From contig NIVC01000566.1 of assembly GCA_002269645.1 (NCBI GenBank), positions 124,001 through 188,000 on the forward strand: 64,000 nt of DNA. Direction: 5' to 3'. Origin of the DNA: Macrostomum lignano. Its lineage: Eukaryota. Below the pieces are notes generated by a model that searched no databases, was not told the DNA's origin, and saw only the letters and a list, made by a program, of their open reading frames with translations. Made by a program: the position numbers and the translations under genes. Shown here one piece after another: positions 22,413-34,628 of this stretch (positions are counted from its first letter, which is position 1; each line of letters starts with the position of its first letter).

Positions 22413-24250
22413 CAAGATTGGCAACCAATAAGTCTTCAATGTGACACTATTGCCATACCAACTTGTCTAGTCTTAGTGATCCTTTGTTGCATTGGTAATT
22501 CTAGTTTATAAGTTATGCCATTCCTATATTATAATGCAAAATAAGTTCTCATTGGCTAGGCCTACTGGAATTGAGGGGGAGCTACCAATCTTCCAGCATT
22601 GCTATTGGTTGTGATGGGTTGTGGAGTTAGATAAGGAGGAAACATCCCAAGATTAGTCACTAATAAGACAAATAAGTGGCCCAAAATGATTGCAAGTCAA
22701 CCAGGGCAATTGTAACAATATCTCATTGTTACTTTACAATTCAAATTGAATGAAAAAAAATGAGGAGCCTGGCTCACTCACCCACCTGGCCTGCTCACCA
22801 GTTCTTCTCTTGCGGCCTTGTCCTGCTAGCTCTCCCCATCTTACCCCTTCTCAGTACCATCTAATAACATGGCAAGCCAAATTCCTCCCCCTTAGCTCCC
22901 CCAAGTATGGCGGTCTTGGTCCTATACCATATACCCCCTAAAGAGCCTGACAAAAACTTTTTTGTTGCCCTTTGTTGCTATACATGCTACCATGTGACTC
23001 TGTCATAGCACTTTCACCTTGGTGTATCCTCCCATAGGAAATTCCTAGCTATGCCCCTGAAATTAGTCTCTAATTTTAATATATACAAATTTCAAAATGT
23101 TACTTATCTATTTAGCAATTTCAATTTTAAATTATTTTGTGTTATGATAAAGAATGCACAATATTAGAAAGCACAGAATTTTTTTTAATTTACAAAACTA
23201 AGCCATACTAATTCTTGGTATATTCTAATTTTCAATTAGCAATTACAGTTAGAAAGAAGAAAAAGAATTTTAAGAGTAAAATTTATTATATATGGATGGA
23301 TTATTATTATAGAAATATATTTACAATAAAATCAAATATAAAAATATTTATTGACTAGTATTGGTAATTATAAGTAATTATATTGACATGGCCAGTGTAG
23401 GGTCAATATTATTACATGGTAATTGCTATTTTGCATAAAAGTAAATATACTATAGCCTATAGGTGCCTCCCTTAATTCAATTATAAAATTTAATGGAAAC
23501 TATAGAATCTTAAATATTGTATGTCTATATAATTTGACCAAATAGATGTATCGAAATAGAAGTTTTTACTTTAATATATTATATTAATACAGGCTTTAAA
23601 AAGTATGTGCACAAAAATACCACAACACTTTGGCTTTGTCTTTGATGTGAGCAAGTGCCCTGCAACGTGCTAGCCATCTGCCGCCGCCTGCGCGTGCACG
23701 CAGTACTCAATACTCGTAGTTCGAATTTTTTTAAAACTTTTTTCGCTTTGCATTAAAATAAATAGCTTAAGAATCAACACAAAAGGGAATGCAAAAATGC
23801 TGATAAAAGTGATAAAATTTTACTTTGATAGCTTTTGTAGAAGTAAAATTTACTATTTTTCGACTCGGGAAACGCACTTAATTTCCTTCACCGCGGAGTT
23901 CAGCGGCAGTCATTCACCACCGGAATTTAACAAAAACCGTTCTCCTGCAGTTCAGGAGCAACGCGCAACGCTGAAATTTTATGCGCACGTCGAAATCTGC
24001 CTATATTTTGCTTTGAAATATTGCATGATAGGTTTTCAGCTCTCTGGAAGGATTTATTGGGTTCACCGCCGGTTTCACCCCCCAAAAAATAACAAAAATC
24101 GCCCTCCTGATGTCCAGGGGCAACGCGCAGAGCCAAAAATCTAGGCGCATCTCTAGTTTTACTTGCGCTATCGATTATATATATTTCCAACCCTTAAAAA
24201 TAAAGTTAAAAATCCGGTGAACCCAACAGCCGGTGAATTCAGTAGTTAGT
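20831..24250 (-). repeat. Right terminal inverted repeat arm (~3.4 kb)
   Basis: Reverse complement of the left arm. About 500 bp shorter, which is accounted for by three fewer 168-bp units. Confidence 0.93.
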
Positions 24251-25462
24251 AATTGATGATAAGTATTAAGTTTGCATTTTTCTTGTTTAAAATTTGAATT
24301 TAGTTAGCTATGTTTTAGCCAAAAACAATCCTGCGATTGTTTTGATATCTGAAGACAAAAATTTGGTACAGGAATTTTATATTTAAGTATAGCAATCTAA
24401 ACATTTTAGTTGCTTAGGTCGAAAAGTAGAAACTTTTGTTTTTGTTATCATATTTTATTATCCGAAAATCCGATACGGCGCCGATGTCCAACTCTTGTTC
24501 TATGTGTTTGAATGCCGTATGTACATCTACGGGTCCAACACTTGTAAAATTAATATCCACGCTTACAACGTAATTTTGAAAAATTAAATAGGCCTTGTAG
24601 GCTTCTACGCTTACATAATTAAAGGCTACACTCCTATACACCTCAGACGCCAAGTCATCAGTAAAAAAAATAATAAAGAAAACTTAAGTCTAAACCCACC
24701 CACACAGGTGACACAGCAAACAAACGATCAATATAATCCGTGAGAACCATAGCATATTCTCATCATGGGCATGGCCATAGGAAATAAGTCGTAGATAAAA
24801 AATTATCTAATATTAAACTAATAATTATCATATTAGGTGTTATTTAGTTATGTTTTATTAAGTTTTTTATCCTCATATATTTGTAAAGGCTTTTTTAGAG
24901 TTTTAGATGCCCTAATATTATTTACAGTTAAGCCTACTAAATGTCGTAAATGACCAACTCCTAGCTAAGTTAAGTCTAGGGCAAAGCCTAAATTTTATAT
25001 TTAATCTAATTACAATAGGCCTCAGTTAGATTTAATTAACATAAAAGCTAGGCCTAATCTAATCTATTTTTATTTTAATACCTAACACTTCTAAAATGTT
25101 GGCATAACCATAATGAAAGTATTCATTGTTGGCAAGTTTCATGTTAACAGCTAAAAATGTGCATAGGCCTACAATGAATTTAACAAACAATTCTGCAGGA
25201 TAGCCATATATATTATTGAACATATCTATATTCTAACATTATATCTTAAGACTTGACTAATAATATAAATAAAGTCTATTTTATTGCTTTATAGGCCTTA
25301 TTCTAATCTAGTTATTTATTTATATATATAGCAATTCCAAATAAATACAATGCTTGCAAATAAGTTATAGACCAAGCAACAAGCAAGAAATCAAATCCAT
25401 GACCATATACTAAATGTGATCTAAGTTTTAAAAATAGGTTTTTGTTCTTTGACTGTCTTATC

Positions 25463-25920
25463 TAATGATGGCAAAATACTGTTTTTTGCAATCTTGGGAT
25501 TTAATCCCAGAATTTGGCCAGAATTTTGAGTTAAAAAATATAGATTTTTAAGCTTCTGGGTTAAAATTTCAAGGCAAAATAACATATTTTTGCTTTTAGA
25601 AATAGAAAGATCTTTTTGTAGATGAAAAACAACATTATCTTGTGGCATATTTAAGGAAGTAGTATAAAAGTACTTATTAATAATAAAAAAGCTAATCATA
25701 TATCAAAATTTATATAGGAATAAGTTTCATATTTCAATCTATGATGTGGGGTTCAAAAAGGCGCCATGCAACATGAGGGACTACAACACTTAATAACAAA
25801 AAAGTCATTTTTGACTGTTCAAAATAGTCCCAAGACCCCAAATCCTGGGACCAGAAATCCTGGGATTTAGGCCCAATCTTAGGATTTTGGGATCCCAGAA
25901 TCCTAGGATTGCAATCCCTA
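25463..25920. mobile_element. Possible degenerate hAT-like MITE
   Basis: Right end GGATTGCAATCCCTA with clustered ATCCTGGGA/ATCCCAG subterminal motifs. The left end TAATGATGGCAA is a 9/12 match to its reverse complement. No TSD found. Confidence 0.3.
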
Positions 25921-28739
25921 TGTAAGACTTCTCTCTTGGGCTTCAGTTATGTTCCTCTCTCGTAGTCGTCTAGCAGTCTTGTTGGATTACTCTGCGTCTT
26001 CGAAGCCTAAGAGAGCTTACAACAAGGAGATTGCTACTTGGCTGATTATGACTTGTGCCTGTGGCACAAATAACCAATATGAGTCTCTTTAGATTTATTG
26101 GCAAAGTGCACAAGACTTCTAGTTCTGAAGCTTAAATCTTTCCAAAGAGGTGCCCATTTCGGGGCCGAGTCCATGTCTATTTTATAGATCATTTGATACA
26201 CGTCATCCCCCGCCACTGATTAGCAATGGTGGGGTGCCAAAACAGACGCAGCAACATTAGATTTGTGCATTGCTACGGGGCGAGAGAGATAATTTGATAT
26301 CTATTGGTTTGTCACATCAGGCGATGGTTAAAGGTCAGTTTGGGTTTTATTCGCACGTCAGACCCTTGTGTGCCCCTTGGTGAGTCGTCCTTTTGCTCCC
26401 TGGCCGTACGTCACTGCTGACCTTGGCCTGTTGACCATTGCTCTATCTCGCCTGCCAGTCGAGATATCATGTCGTATTGATTCTCCTGGCACCGCGCCGA
26501 CTGGCTCTGCCTGGTACCTTGGCCAACTGAATGTCGTCTGGTTTGGTCTGAAATCTTGGGGAAAGCAAAAGTTAAGTTCTTATATATTATTTCTTTCGCT
26601 TCTTGATGTTCTTTAATTTCTCTCACTTAGGTGTCTTATCTTTAAATTGAACTTTCGCCCCCTGCTTTTAGCTTCTTATTTTGCCCTTTAGTGAACCTTT
26701 ATTTTGTCCCAATTTTTCTGATTTCTAATCCCTATACCCTAGTCTTAGCCTTTTGTTAGACCTAAGTTAAAGGTGTAAGGCCAAGTATAAATTATAAATC
26801 CAATTCATTTTACAAAATTCATTGTTTTTAATATAATAGAAATTTTGTATAGTTTTTTAAAGATCCCTTTTTAAAGATATTTTACCTTATCTTATGTTTT
26901 CATCTATAAAAGTCTATAAAAAACTTATTTATTAAAAGATCTTTAACCTTTTATAGCATAGGGCCTTATGCTGGTACAAGAACAAGATACCCATCTTTTT
27001 TCTTTTCATTATTCATTTGCAACTTATAGCTATTGTTATATTATTATTAATTTTTATATTTAATCAATCATATTCATAAAATATTAATACAGTAATAGAT
27101 CTAAGATTTGAAACTAATTATTATCCATAAGATAAAAACTTTTTCAATGTTCATGCCATTTTTCCTTAGGCCCATCATTATATCTGTCAAATCTATTATT
27201 ATCAATTTATCAAGAAATTGTTGATAATAGTAATACTATATTTATTTTATATTAGACTATTTATATTATTTAGTAAATAAATATCTATAGGTCAGGCTAC
27301 AATTGAAGCCAAAGCTGAAGGGAATGTTTATCATATAATATCATTCCAATATAATAGCATCTATCTCTCCCTAAGACTTGAAGATCTATGCCTAATAAAA
27401 ATTGCCACCAATAGGAAATAAATTAAATGTATAAATCAAGGTTTATTATTATCTATTTAGACATTTAGAGCTGTGGCTATCTTAGTATATGGCCATCTTG
27501 GTCATATGCCCTTATACTATATGCCCTTAGCCAGGAAAAGAATTAGCAAAGACCAAATTAGCAATTATCAAGTTTTATTTGTTAAATTATTTTGACTTCA
27601 GAAAAGTAATCTATGAACTATTTTAAGTGAAAATAAATACTTTTAAGATACTTAAGCCTGATTAAGCACTAATTCTATGTTTCAAAACTTGTTAATGTTT
27701 TGGCCATAGACTATTGCAGCTTTCTGGTGTCAGATGCATCATAACAAGTTTTGAAGTATAGCATTAGTGCCTGATTAAGATTAGGTCTCTTAAAAGTAGT
27801 TATTTATACTTAAAATAGTTTGTACAATATTTTTCTAGAGTCAAAATAATTTTACAAATGGAACTTGACAATTGCCACCAAATCCTATTGCTAATCACAA
27901 CACAAGGCCTTTATAAATACCAATTGAAATATTTAATCAAGGTTTTCTAATTAGATAAACATTTGAATTTTTATCAAAATATGTTTAGACATAATTAAAG
28001 AAGATAAAATAATATTAAACATTAAAAATAATATTAAAGTTAGCATTATCATTTTATAATATTAGGGAATTTTGGTCTATTAGCAGTTATTAAGGTGCTA
28101 TCTATTACAGTACTATAGAAATGGATTTATAGATACTTTATTCTATGGCCTAGGCCAAAATAGACACTTGACTAACTTAAATGCCAAAAATAGCTTTTCA
28201 AAGAAGATAATAAGATTATTGAAAAAAAATTGAAAAAAATATATTATAAATATAGAAAGCCTTTTTTGTTGAAATAGATCAGTTTACTTTTAAACTTTCT
28301 TAAATTTTATTTAAAACTTCAAAATCAATTTTATATAAAAGCTAAGGCCAATAAGCACCTTCTATTTTTTATTGACTAACCTTTTGATATAACTAATCAT
28401 TAGGATCTACAAGAAGGCCTATAGACTTGGAAAAAATGTCTCACAAATATTAGATTTTATTGGAATAACCTAGATCTACTTATTGTATACTGAAAATAAC
28501 CTCTTCTTGATTATGATCTTTAATATAGATTCAAGGTAGGGGTTATTAATATAATTCAGGATCCTAATTTTATGTTTGTGTCTGCACAATTTTAAATTTT
28601 TTATTTATTTTTCTTTGTTCTTTAAATATTGGTAGACAATGTTTTCATCACAATGGTCTCTTCATTTTGTGTAGCAATGCTGATGCTTATTATTCTTGCT
28701 TCTACCCTTCAATTTCTGGATTGGCGACCTCCCTTACAG

Positions 28740-31700
28740 CCTGGATTTCCTGCTGCCATTGGCTCTGCGCAGGGAGTTGGCATTGGCGCTTTTGCTAATG
28801 CTGCAAGGCCAGCCAACTCAGGCCAACAGATTGTTCCTCCTCTTATGCCCAATCGGAAACGGCAGTGGGATGGCCCCCAAGTGCAGCCAAATCCTCCTGT
28901 GGGAATTGCTGGAGGCGCCAGCGGAAATGCATCTGGCATTGGTGCGGTGCCTAAGCGAGGCTTATTTGAAACGCAGCAGAATCCTGCAGCCCAGTTAAGG
29001 CCTATAGGTAGTGCTCAGTTTGCTGCTAGGCCATCACCTGCATCACTGCAGCAGCTGCAGCAGAGGCAGCAGCCTGTTCCACTGATGGAACTTCGGCTTC
29101 CAGCCCCTGCAGCTGCTTTTGGCACGCAACAGCAACAACTATCTATGTCAAATCCATTGAGCAAGCAGAGTGAACAAGAGTTTCTTAGTGCAGAGCAAAA
29201 TTCGCAACAGCAAGACTTCTATGCACATCAAGATCAAGAGTTTCAGCAAAAAAATCTGCAAAATCAACAGGGTTTCCTGCAAAGGCAGCAAGGTTTCCAG
29301 CAGAAGCATCAGAGTTTCCAGCAAGATCAGCAAGGTTTCCAGCAGAAGAATCAGAGTTTTCAGCAAGATCAGCAAGGTTTCCAGCAGAAGCATCAGGGTT
29401 TCCAGCAAGATCAGCAAGGTTTCCAGCAGAAGCATCAGGGTTTCCAGCAAGATCAGCAAGGTTTCCAGCAGAAGCATCAGGGTTTCCAGCAAGATCAGCA
29501 AGGTTTCCAGCAGAAGCATCAAGGCTTCCAGCAAAGGCAGCAAGGTTTCCAGCAGAAGCATCAGGGTTTCCAGCAAGATCAGCAAGGTTTCCAGCAGAAG
29601 CATCAGGGTTTCCAGCAAGATCAGCAAGGTTTCCAGCAGAAGCATCAGGGTTTCCAGCAAGATCAGCAAGGTTTCCAGCAAGATCAGCAAGGTTTCCGGC
29701 AGAAGCATCAAGGCTTCCAGCAAAAGCAGCAAGGCTTCCAGCAGAATCAGCAAAGCATCGGGCAACGTCAGCAGCAGTTTCATAGAGATCAGGAACAACA
29801 ACAGCGTAGTGTTCCAGAACAGAAGTATCAGCAACGCCAGTCACAAAAAGATCAATACTATGAACGCCAGGTACAGTCAGATCAGTACCAGCAGATTGCA
29901 CAGCAAGCGCAGAATTACCAACACCACCAGATTCAGAACAAGCCTTACCAGCAGCACTATGAACAGCAAGAGCGTTATGCACAGCATCGTCCGCAGCAGC
30001 ATGCACAGTATGAGCAATATCAGCAGCACTATGAACACCATGATCGTTACCCGCAAGGTAATTCGGAACATGAGCTGCAAGAGCAATACGATCAACAATA
30101 TCAGCATTATGATGATCAGTACCGACAGCATCAAACGGGACAACAGCAGTTCCAACAGCATCATGCAGGACAACATCAGTTCCAACAACAGCATCCAGGA
30201 CAACCGCGGTTCCAACAACAGCATGCAGAGCAGCAGTTCCAGCAGCATGGTTTAGGACAACAGCATCATGTAGATCAGCAGCATTACCAGAAGCGTCCAA
30301 CACCACAGGGGTCATTCCAGCTAAGCCAGCAACAGCAAGAACACCTGTACCAACGCCATCAGGAAGAGAATAAAAGCAGTGTAGAGCATTCCGATAATCA
30401 ATACCAAAATCTTGATCAGCCACAGGAGCATAACCAGCAACAATCTGAATTATGGAATCCTAGACAGGAAGAGAGGCAAATTCCATATGGAATTCAGCCG
30501 GTACCGAAGCAGCAAGGCTTGCCATATGGGATTGTTCAGCTTGAGCGTGAAAAACGTGAAGAACCGCACAGAGGTTACCAGAATTTTCAACAAGCTCAAG
30601 TAACTCAGCAGCAGCGCAGTTTCTCAAACTTCCAGCCTCCACAGCAAGATGAGCGACATCAGTCTTACCACCAACCAAATCAAAGTAGGCAGCCTCCCCA
30701 GCGCCAGGATTGGCAATCCCAAGGTCGTCCTTACCAGGCGCAAGGCTTTGCCGGCCCTTCCCGGCAGTCGCAACCAGTGCCTTTGATGCAGCACCAGATC
30801 TCAAAGCCTGATCAGCAGCCAGCTGTGCAGCCTCTGATGCAGATCCAGCAGTTGCAGTCTCCGCAGCAGCAGCATCCTCCGCCGTCGCAGCAACAGTCAA
30901 AACCGAAGCCGCTATTCGCTTCAGCTGCGGCTCGTTCGTTGAAATTGAAAGAAGCGTCGCAGCCGGCTCTGGAGCCACCAGTGGACCTGTTAAGCTTGCT
31001 GTGCCAGCCCGGTAGGCAGAGCCGGCCGCACAATCTGTGCATTTTGCTGCGCGGACTGCCTGGCGCAGGGAAAAGCAGATTGGCTCGCCTCATCAAAGAG
31101 AAAGAGATGCAACAGGTTTGTTTTTCTTTTAAATAATTTCAGACCTTTCTACTTCAAGTGATCAACTTGGTGGAAAACTAATTTCAGCAAAGTGAGAGTA
31201 GAGTTTATAGTTCATAGAGTTTACGACCCTATGGATGATGACAAAAGCCTTTTCTTGACCAAACTCCCTCCATCGGGAAAAATAGGAGCTCCCTATGGCT
31301 CAAGGTTCTCAAATAGAAGCGGTGATCCATAGCGAGTTTTAAGCACCGGTTTGTTGCTTGGCTTATGATTTCTAAAGTGCACCACAGGTGTAACTGTATG
31401 CCGGGTGTCGGCAAACTTTTTTACCCCCGGGGCCAGATTGCGAATCTATTGCATAACTGCGGACCAGAGTAGTGAAGAGAGAAAATCATAGAGAGGAGAG
31501 AAGAGAAAAATAGTGAAGAGAATGGAGAGGAGATAGAATAGAAAGAATAGAGATTGGAGAGGAGATAAGAGAATGGAAGAGGAGTGAGAAAATGGAGAGG
31601 AGATGAGAGAATGGAGAGAAGATAAGAGAATTGAAGAGGACATTAGAGAATTGAATAGGAGACGAGAGAATGGAAAAGGAGATGAGAGAATGGAGAGGAG

Positions 31701-32784
31701 AGAAGAGAAGGGAGTGAAGTGGATAGGAAGACGCAAACCTTGAGCGGGCCGGATTGCTACTTCGTATTATGAAGTGTCAAAGGTCCCGAGGGCCGGATAG
31801 GAGGTTTCGCGGGCCGAAGTTTGCTGACCCCTTCATAAGGTGAAGGCGCATAAAAGGCACAGCTTTGAACTTACTAGTGCAAACGCGTCAACACCCAACA
31901 TCTAACAGGGCGGTCAGCCTCCTCGAATCCTCAGCATCGATGACTATTTCACCATGGACGGTCGCTACGAATACGACGCCGAAGCAGAGCCAATGTACAG
32001 GGCCAGCCTGCTGAAAGCGTTCAGCAAGCAGCTGGAGACTGGCCTGTTCCCCTTCATCATTGTGGATTGCCCGCTGGAGACGCTGGACCAGCTGACGCCA
32101 TTCATCAGCGCTGCCAGTCGCTGCGGCTACTCGCCATTCGCTCTGGACGTTTCCGGCGCCTCGCCGGCTGTCTGCGCCCAGCGCGGCATCCACGGCCGCA
32201 GTCTGGCCGAAGTAGAGGCCGTCGCCCAGTTCTGGCAACCGTTGCCAATGACAACATCAGTTGGCGGGTGCGGCTATCGCCGGCTAGACGCCAGCTCGCT
32301 GCTGCAGGAGTCGGACATCACCCTGGTTGAAATGGACGAAGCCGATGCCAGCGACGCGGAGGCTGGGGACAGCGGCAAGGCGGGGAACGCTGAGGTCAAC
32401 AATGAGGAGGACGCTGAGCCAGATGCGGTGGCCGGAGACGGCCGGCTGTTCGTGCCCAGCAAGTGGGAGTCCGAGGCCGATCGGGACGCTCAGCTGGAAA
32501 GACTGGACGGCCTGCGGCATCAGCAGGGTGCGCAGTCGCAGCAGCAGAAGGCTACATCGGCGCGCGAGTTACTGATGGAATACATGAGCATGCCAGCTGC
32601 CGGCGAGGACTCCGGTGCGGCCGCCGGTAGGAAGCGAGTTCGCTGGGCAGATCTGGAGGAGCTGCGCGAACAGGCCAAGCGGAAACGGCTGGGTTTTGTG
32701 GCCTGCGGCACCGACTGGGACAAGCTGATGTCTGACGACAGCGTTGTGGCAGAGCAGGCGCTGAATAGGACAAAGTTCTTCTGA
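28740..32784 (+). CDS. YLPM1: YLP motif-containing protein 1 (nuclear PP1-binding, P-loop NTPase-like); exons 28740-31115 and 31909-32784, 5' end unresolved
   Basis: P-loop LLRGLPGAGKS. Phase-0 intron CAG|GTTTG (31115/31116) to TAACAG|GGC (31908/31909) joins KEMQQ to GGQPPRILSIDDYF. Then YEYDAEAEPMYRASLLKAFSKQLETGLFPFIIVD, SKWE, the PP1-docking KRVRWADLEE, GFV..TDW.K and the LNRTKF C-terminus, all matching YLPM1 as I recall it. Confidence 0.93.
29266..29750 (+). repeat. Coding 21/42-bp minisatellite encoding alternating QQDQQGF/QQKHQGF heptads (~23)
   Basis: Read directly from the 835-aa ORF translation and the DNA repeat. Confidence 0.95.
31402..31833. mobile_element. hAT (Charlie/Buster-like) MITE, family C, with an internal GA-rich tract, in the YLPM1 intron
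   Basis: Ends CGGGTGTCGGCAAACT / AGTTTGCTGACCCCTT are each a 14/16 match to CAGGGGTCGGCAAACT. The right arm is homologous (inverted) to 50961-51070. TSD not preserved. Confidence 0.7.
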
Positions 32785-33470
32785 TTTGACTGGCGTAGAC
32801 ATTCATTCTCCAAGCCTGTGTCCGAGTCGCTGCAGTGCCGGTTACATTTCTGTTAAGGAAGAACATCGAACAACATTGGAGAAGCTGTCTTCTTCTCGAA
32901 GCTGGTGCTGTCCAAGCTGCCTGTAACCCCCTGTTTGCTTGACGCCATATTGTGTTCAGTATCCGGCTTTGATTTGTTTTAATCTTTCATTAAAACTGTT
33001 TAATTTTGCATGGTTTAGTATAGGCTTGGTCGGTTTGACCCGCTTTTAAATATATTTATTATAAATGTGTTGTGAACGTATCGATGTCGTGCATATTTTC
33101 TGATTGTAAATGTTCAACTGATTGCTTTGGGAGATGCGCTTTTTTGTTTCTTTTTCATTTTGTTTGACACTGCAGCAAGTTGACTGACTTTAAAAACCCT
33201 AGAAGCCGATAAATCTTCGACTGTCAAATATCTGGCACTCAAAGGTATCCTAACTTTTATGACTAACAGGGCCATACTGCATGACTGGGGATCCTTTAAG
33301 CTGAGGGAGTTGACTTATAGAAAGGGGCATCTTCTTGCCGTTGTACTCAAGTTGTAGCTGTGTTACATAACAGTCAGAACGGCTTACGAATAATTGTCAC
33401 TTGTCATTGTGCACTGTCTTTATGCTGCTAACAAGTGGCAGATGATACAGCAAAGGCTGCGTGATGCGGG

Positions 33471-34145
33471 ATGACACCGATCTACTACCGCCAATCTACC
33501 ACCCTCCATCTACCACCGCCAATCTACCACCCTCCATCTACCACCGCCAATCTACCACCCTCCATCTACCACCGCCAATCTACCACCCTCCATCTACCAC
33601 CGCCAATCTACCACCCTCCATCTACCACCGTCGATAGCCAACGTACCACCGTCAATCTACCACCGTCAATCATCAAACTACCACCGCCAATCTTCCATCG
33701 CCAGTCTACCACCGCCAATCTACCACCATCAATCTACCACCATCAATCTACCATCGTCAATCATCAAACTACCACCGCCAATCTACCATCGCCAGTCTAC
33801 CACCGCCAATCTACCACCGCCAATCTACCATCGCCAGTCTACCACCTCCAATCTACCACCATCAATCTACCACTGTCAATCTACCACCATCAATCTCCCA
33901 TCGTCAATCAACCTACCACCGCCAATCTACCACCATCAATCTCCCATCGTCAATCAACCTACCACCTCCAATCTACCACCATCAATCTCCCATCGTCAAT
34001 CAACCTACCACCGCCAATTTACCACCATCAATCTACCACCGCCAATCTACCCCGTCAATCTACCACCGTCAATAGTCAACCTACCACCATCAGTCGCGAA
34101 TCTATCACCAGTTATCTAACCACCGTTAATTAATCACCTACCAAC
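33471..34145. repeat. Degenerate C/A-rich minisatellite (ATCTACCACCGCCA-like, 14-16-bp units)
   Basis: Repeated CAATCTACCACC / CCATCTACCACC motifs over ~670 bp. Confidence 0.9.
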
Positions 34146-34628
34146 ATTCTACCACGTTCGTCTATTTTGAAGCCACGACTAACCACTGCCAAAATGTGCA
34201 AAACAGTGTTTGCGTCGGGACATGGCTCGTAGTTTTTTGCTTATGTACATTTAAAATCCTTTCAATGCTACTTAAATGGCAATTGGCTAAGTAGTAAATG
34301 TTTAGATAGTCCTGATTAGGAAAAATTACATGTCAATCCTTGAGTTCAATTTTGATTGTCTTGAGTCTTCATATAAAATCATAAAGCCGGTGCAGATTAC
34401 CGCGAGTGCATGTCATGTACATGTAACTCCGCTTGTCAAGGATTGCTCAAATCAATGTACACTGTACAGTAAGTTCAGATCCAAATTAAAATTGACTAAC
34501 TGATATTGCGATGTTCAATTATCTGCAGGGTCGCGATAAAATCATGGTAAACTGTATACGGCACGCATGTTACATGTGCTTCACCCGCCTGCCACGCAGT
34601 GACCAGAAGGGGGGAGAAGTCAGAGAGC

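Larger units (their letters stand above)
8893..24250. mobile_element. 15.4-kb foldback Mutator-like (MULE; FB-NOF/Rehavkus-type) DNA transposon
   Basis: Termini ACTAACTACTGAATTC (8893) and GAATTCAGTAGTTAGT (24250) are exact inverted repeats. Perfect 9-bp TSD AATTGATGA at 8884-8892 and 24251-24259. Paired ORF coordinates in the two arms all sum to 33143, so there are no indels over ~1.85 kb. Internal MULE-type DDE transposase. Confidence 0.93.

Noticed and set aside
8893-24250. Polinton/Maverick or endogenous virus identity for the 15-kb TIR element
   Set aside because: The TSD is 9 bp rather than 6. No protein-primed polymerase, retroviral-type integrase, packaging ATPase or capsid motifs were seen, and the enzyme motifs are MULE-like.
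25921-26640. Possible solo LTR (begins TGTAAG, higher GC)
   Set aside because: No second copy, clear CA end, TSD, PBS or PPT could be identified in the window.
28629-28739. Hydrophobic N-terminus MVDNVFITMVSSF... as a signal peptide of YLPM1
   Set aside because: The ORF call starts at a non-ATG codon in AT-rich, intron-like sequence ending at an in-frame acceptor (TTACAG 28739), and YLPM1 is nuclear.
29148-30423. Long overlapping ORFs (361, 412 and 228 aa) across the YLPM1 Q-rich region
   Set aside because: Shadow frames of the 21-bp repeat and CAG-rich coding sequence.
33471-34133. 220-aa extensin-like ORF, and the 119-aa MVGLCPDI ORF at 44757-45116
   Set aside because: Both are entirely minisatellite-derived with no unique coding flanks.
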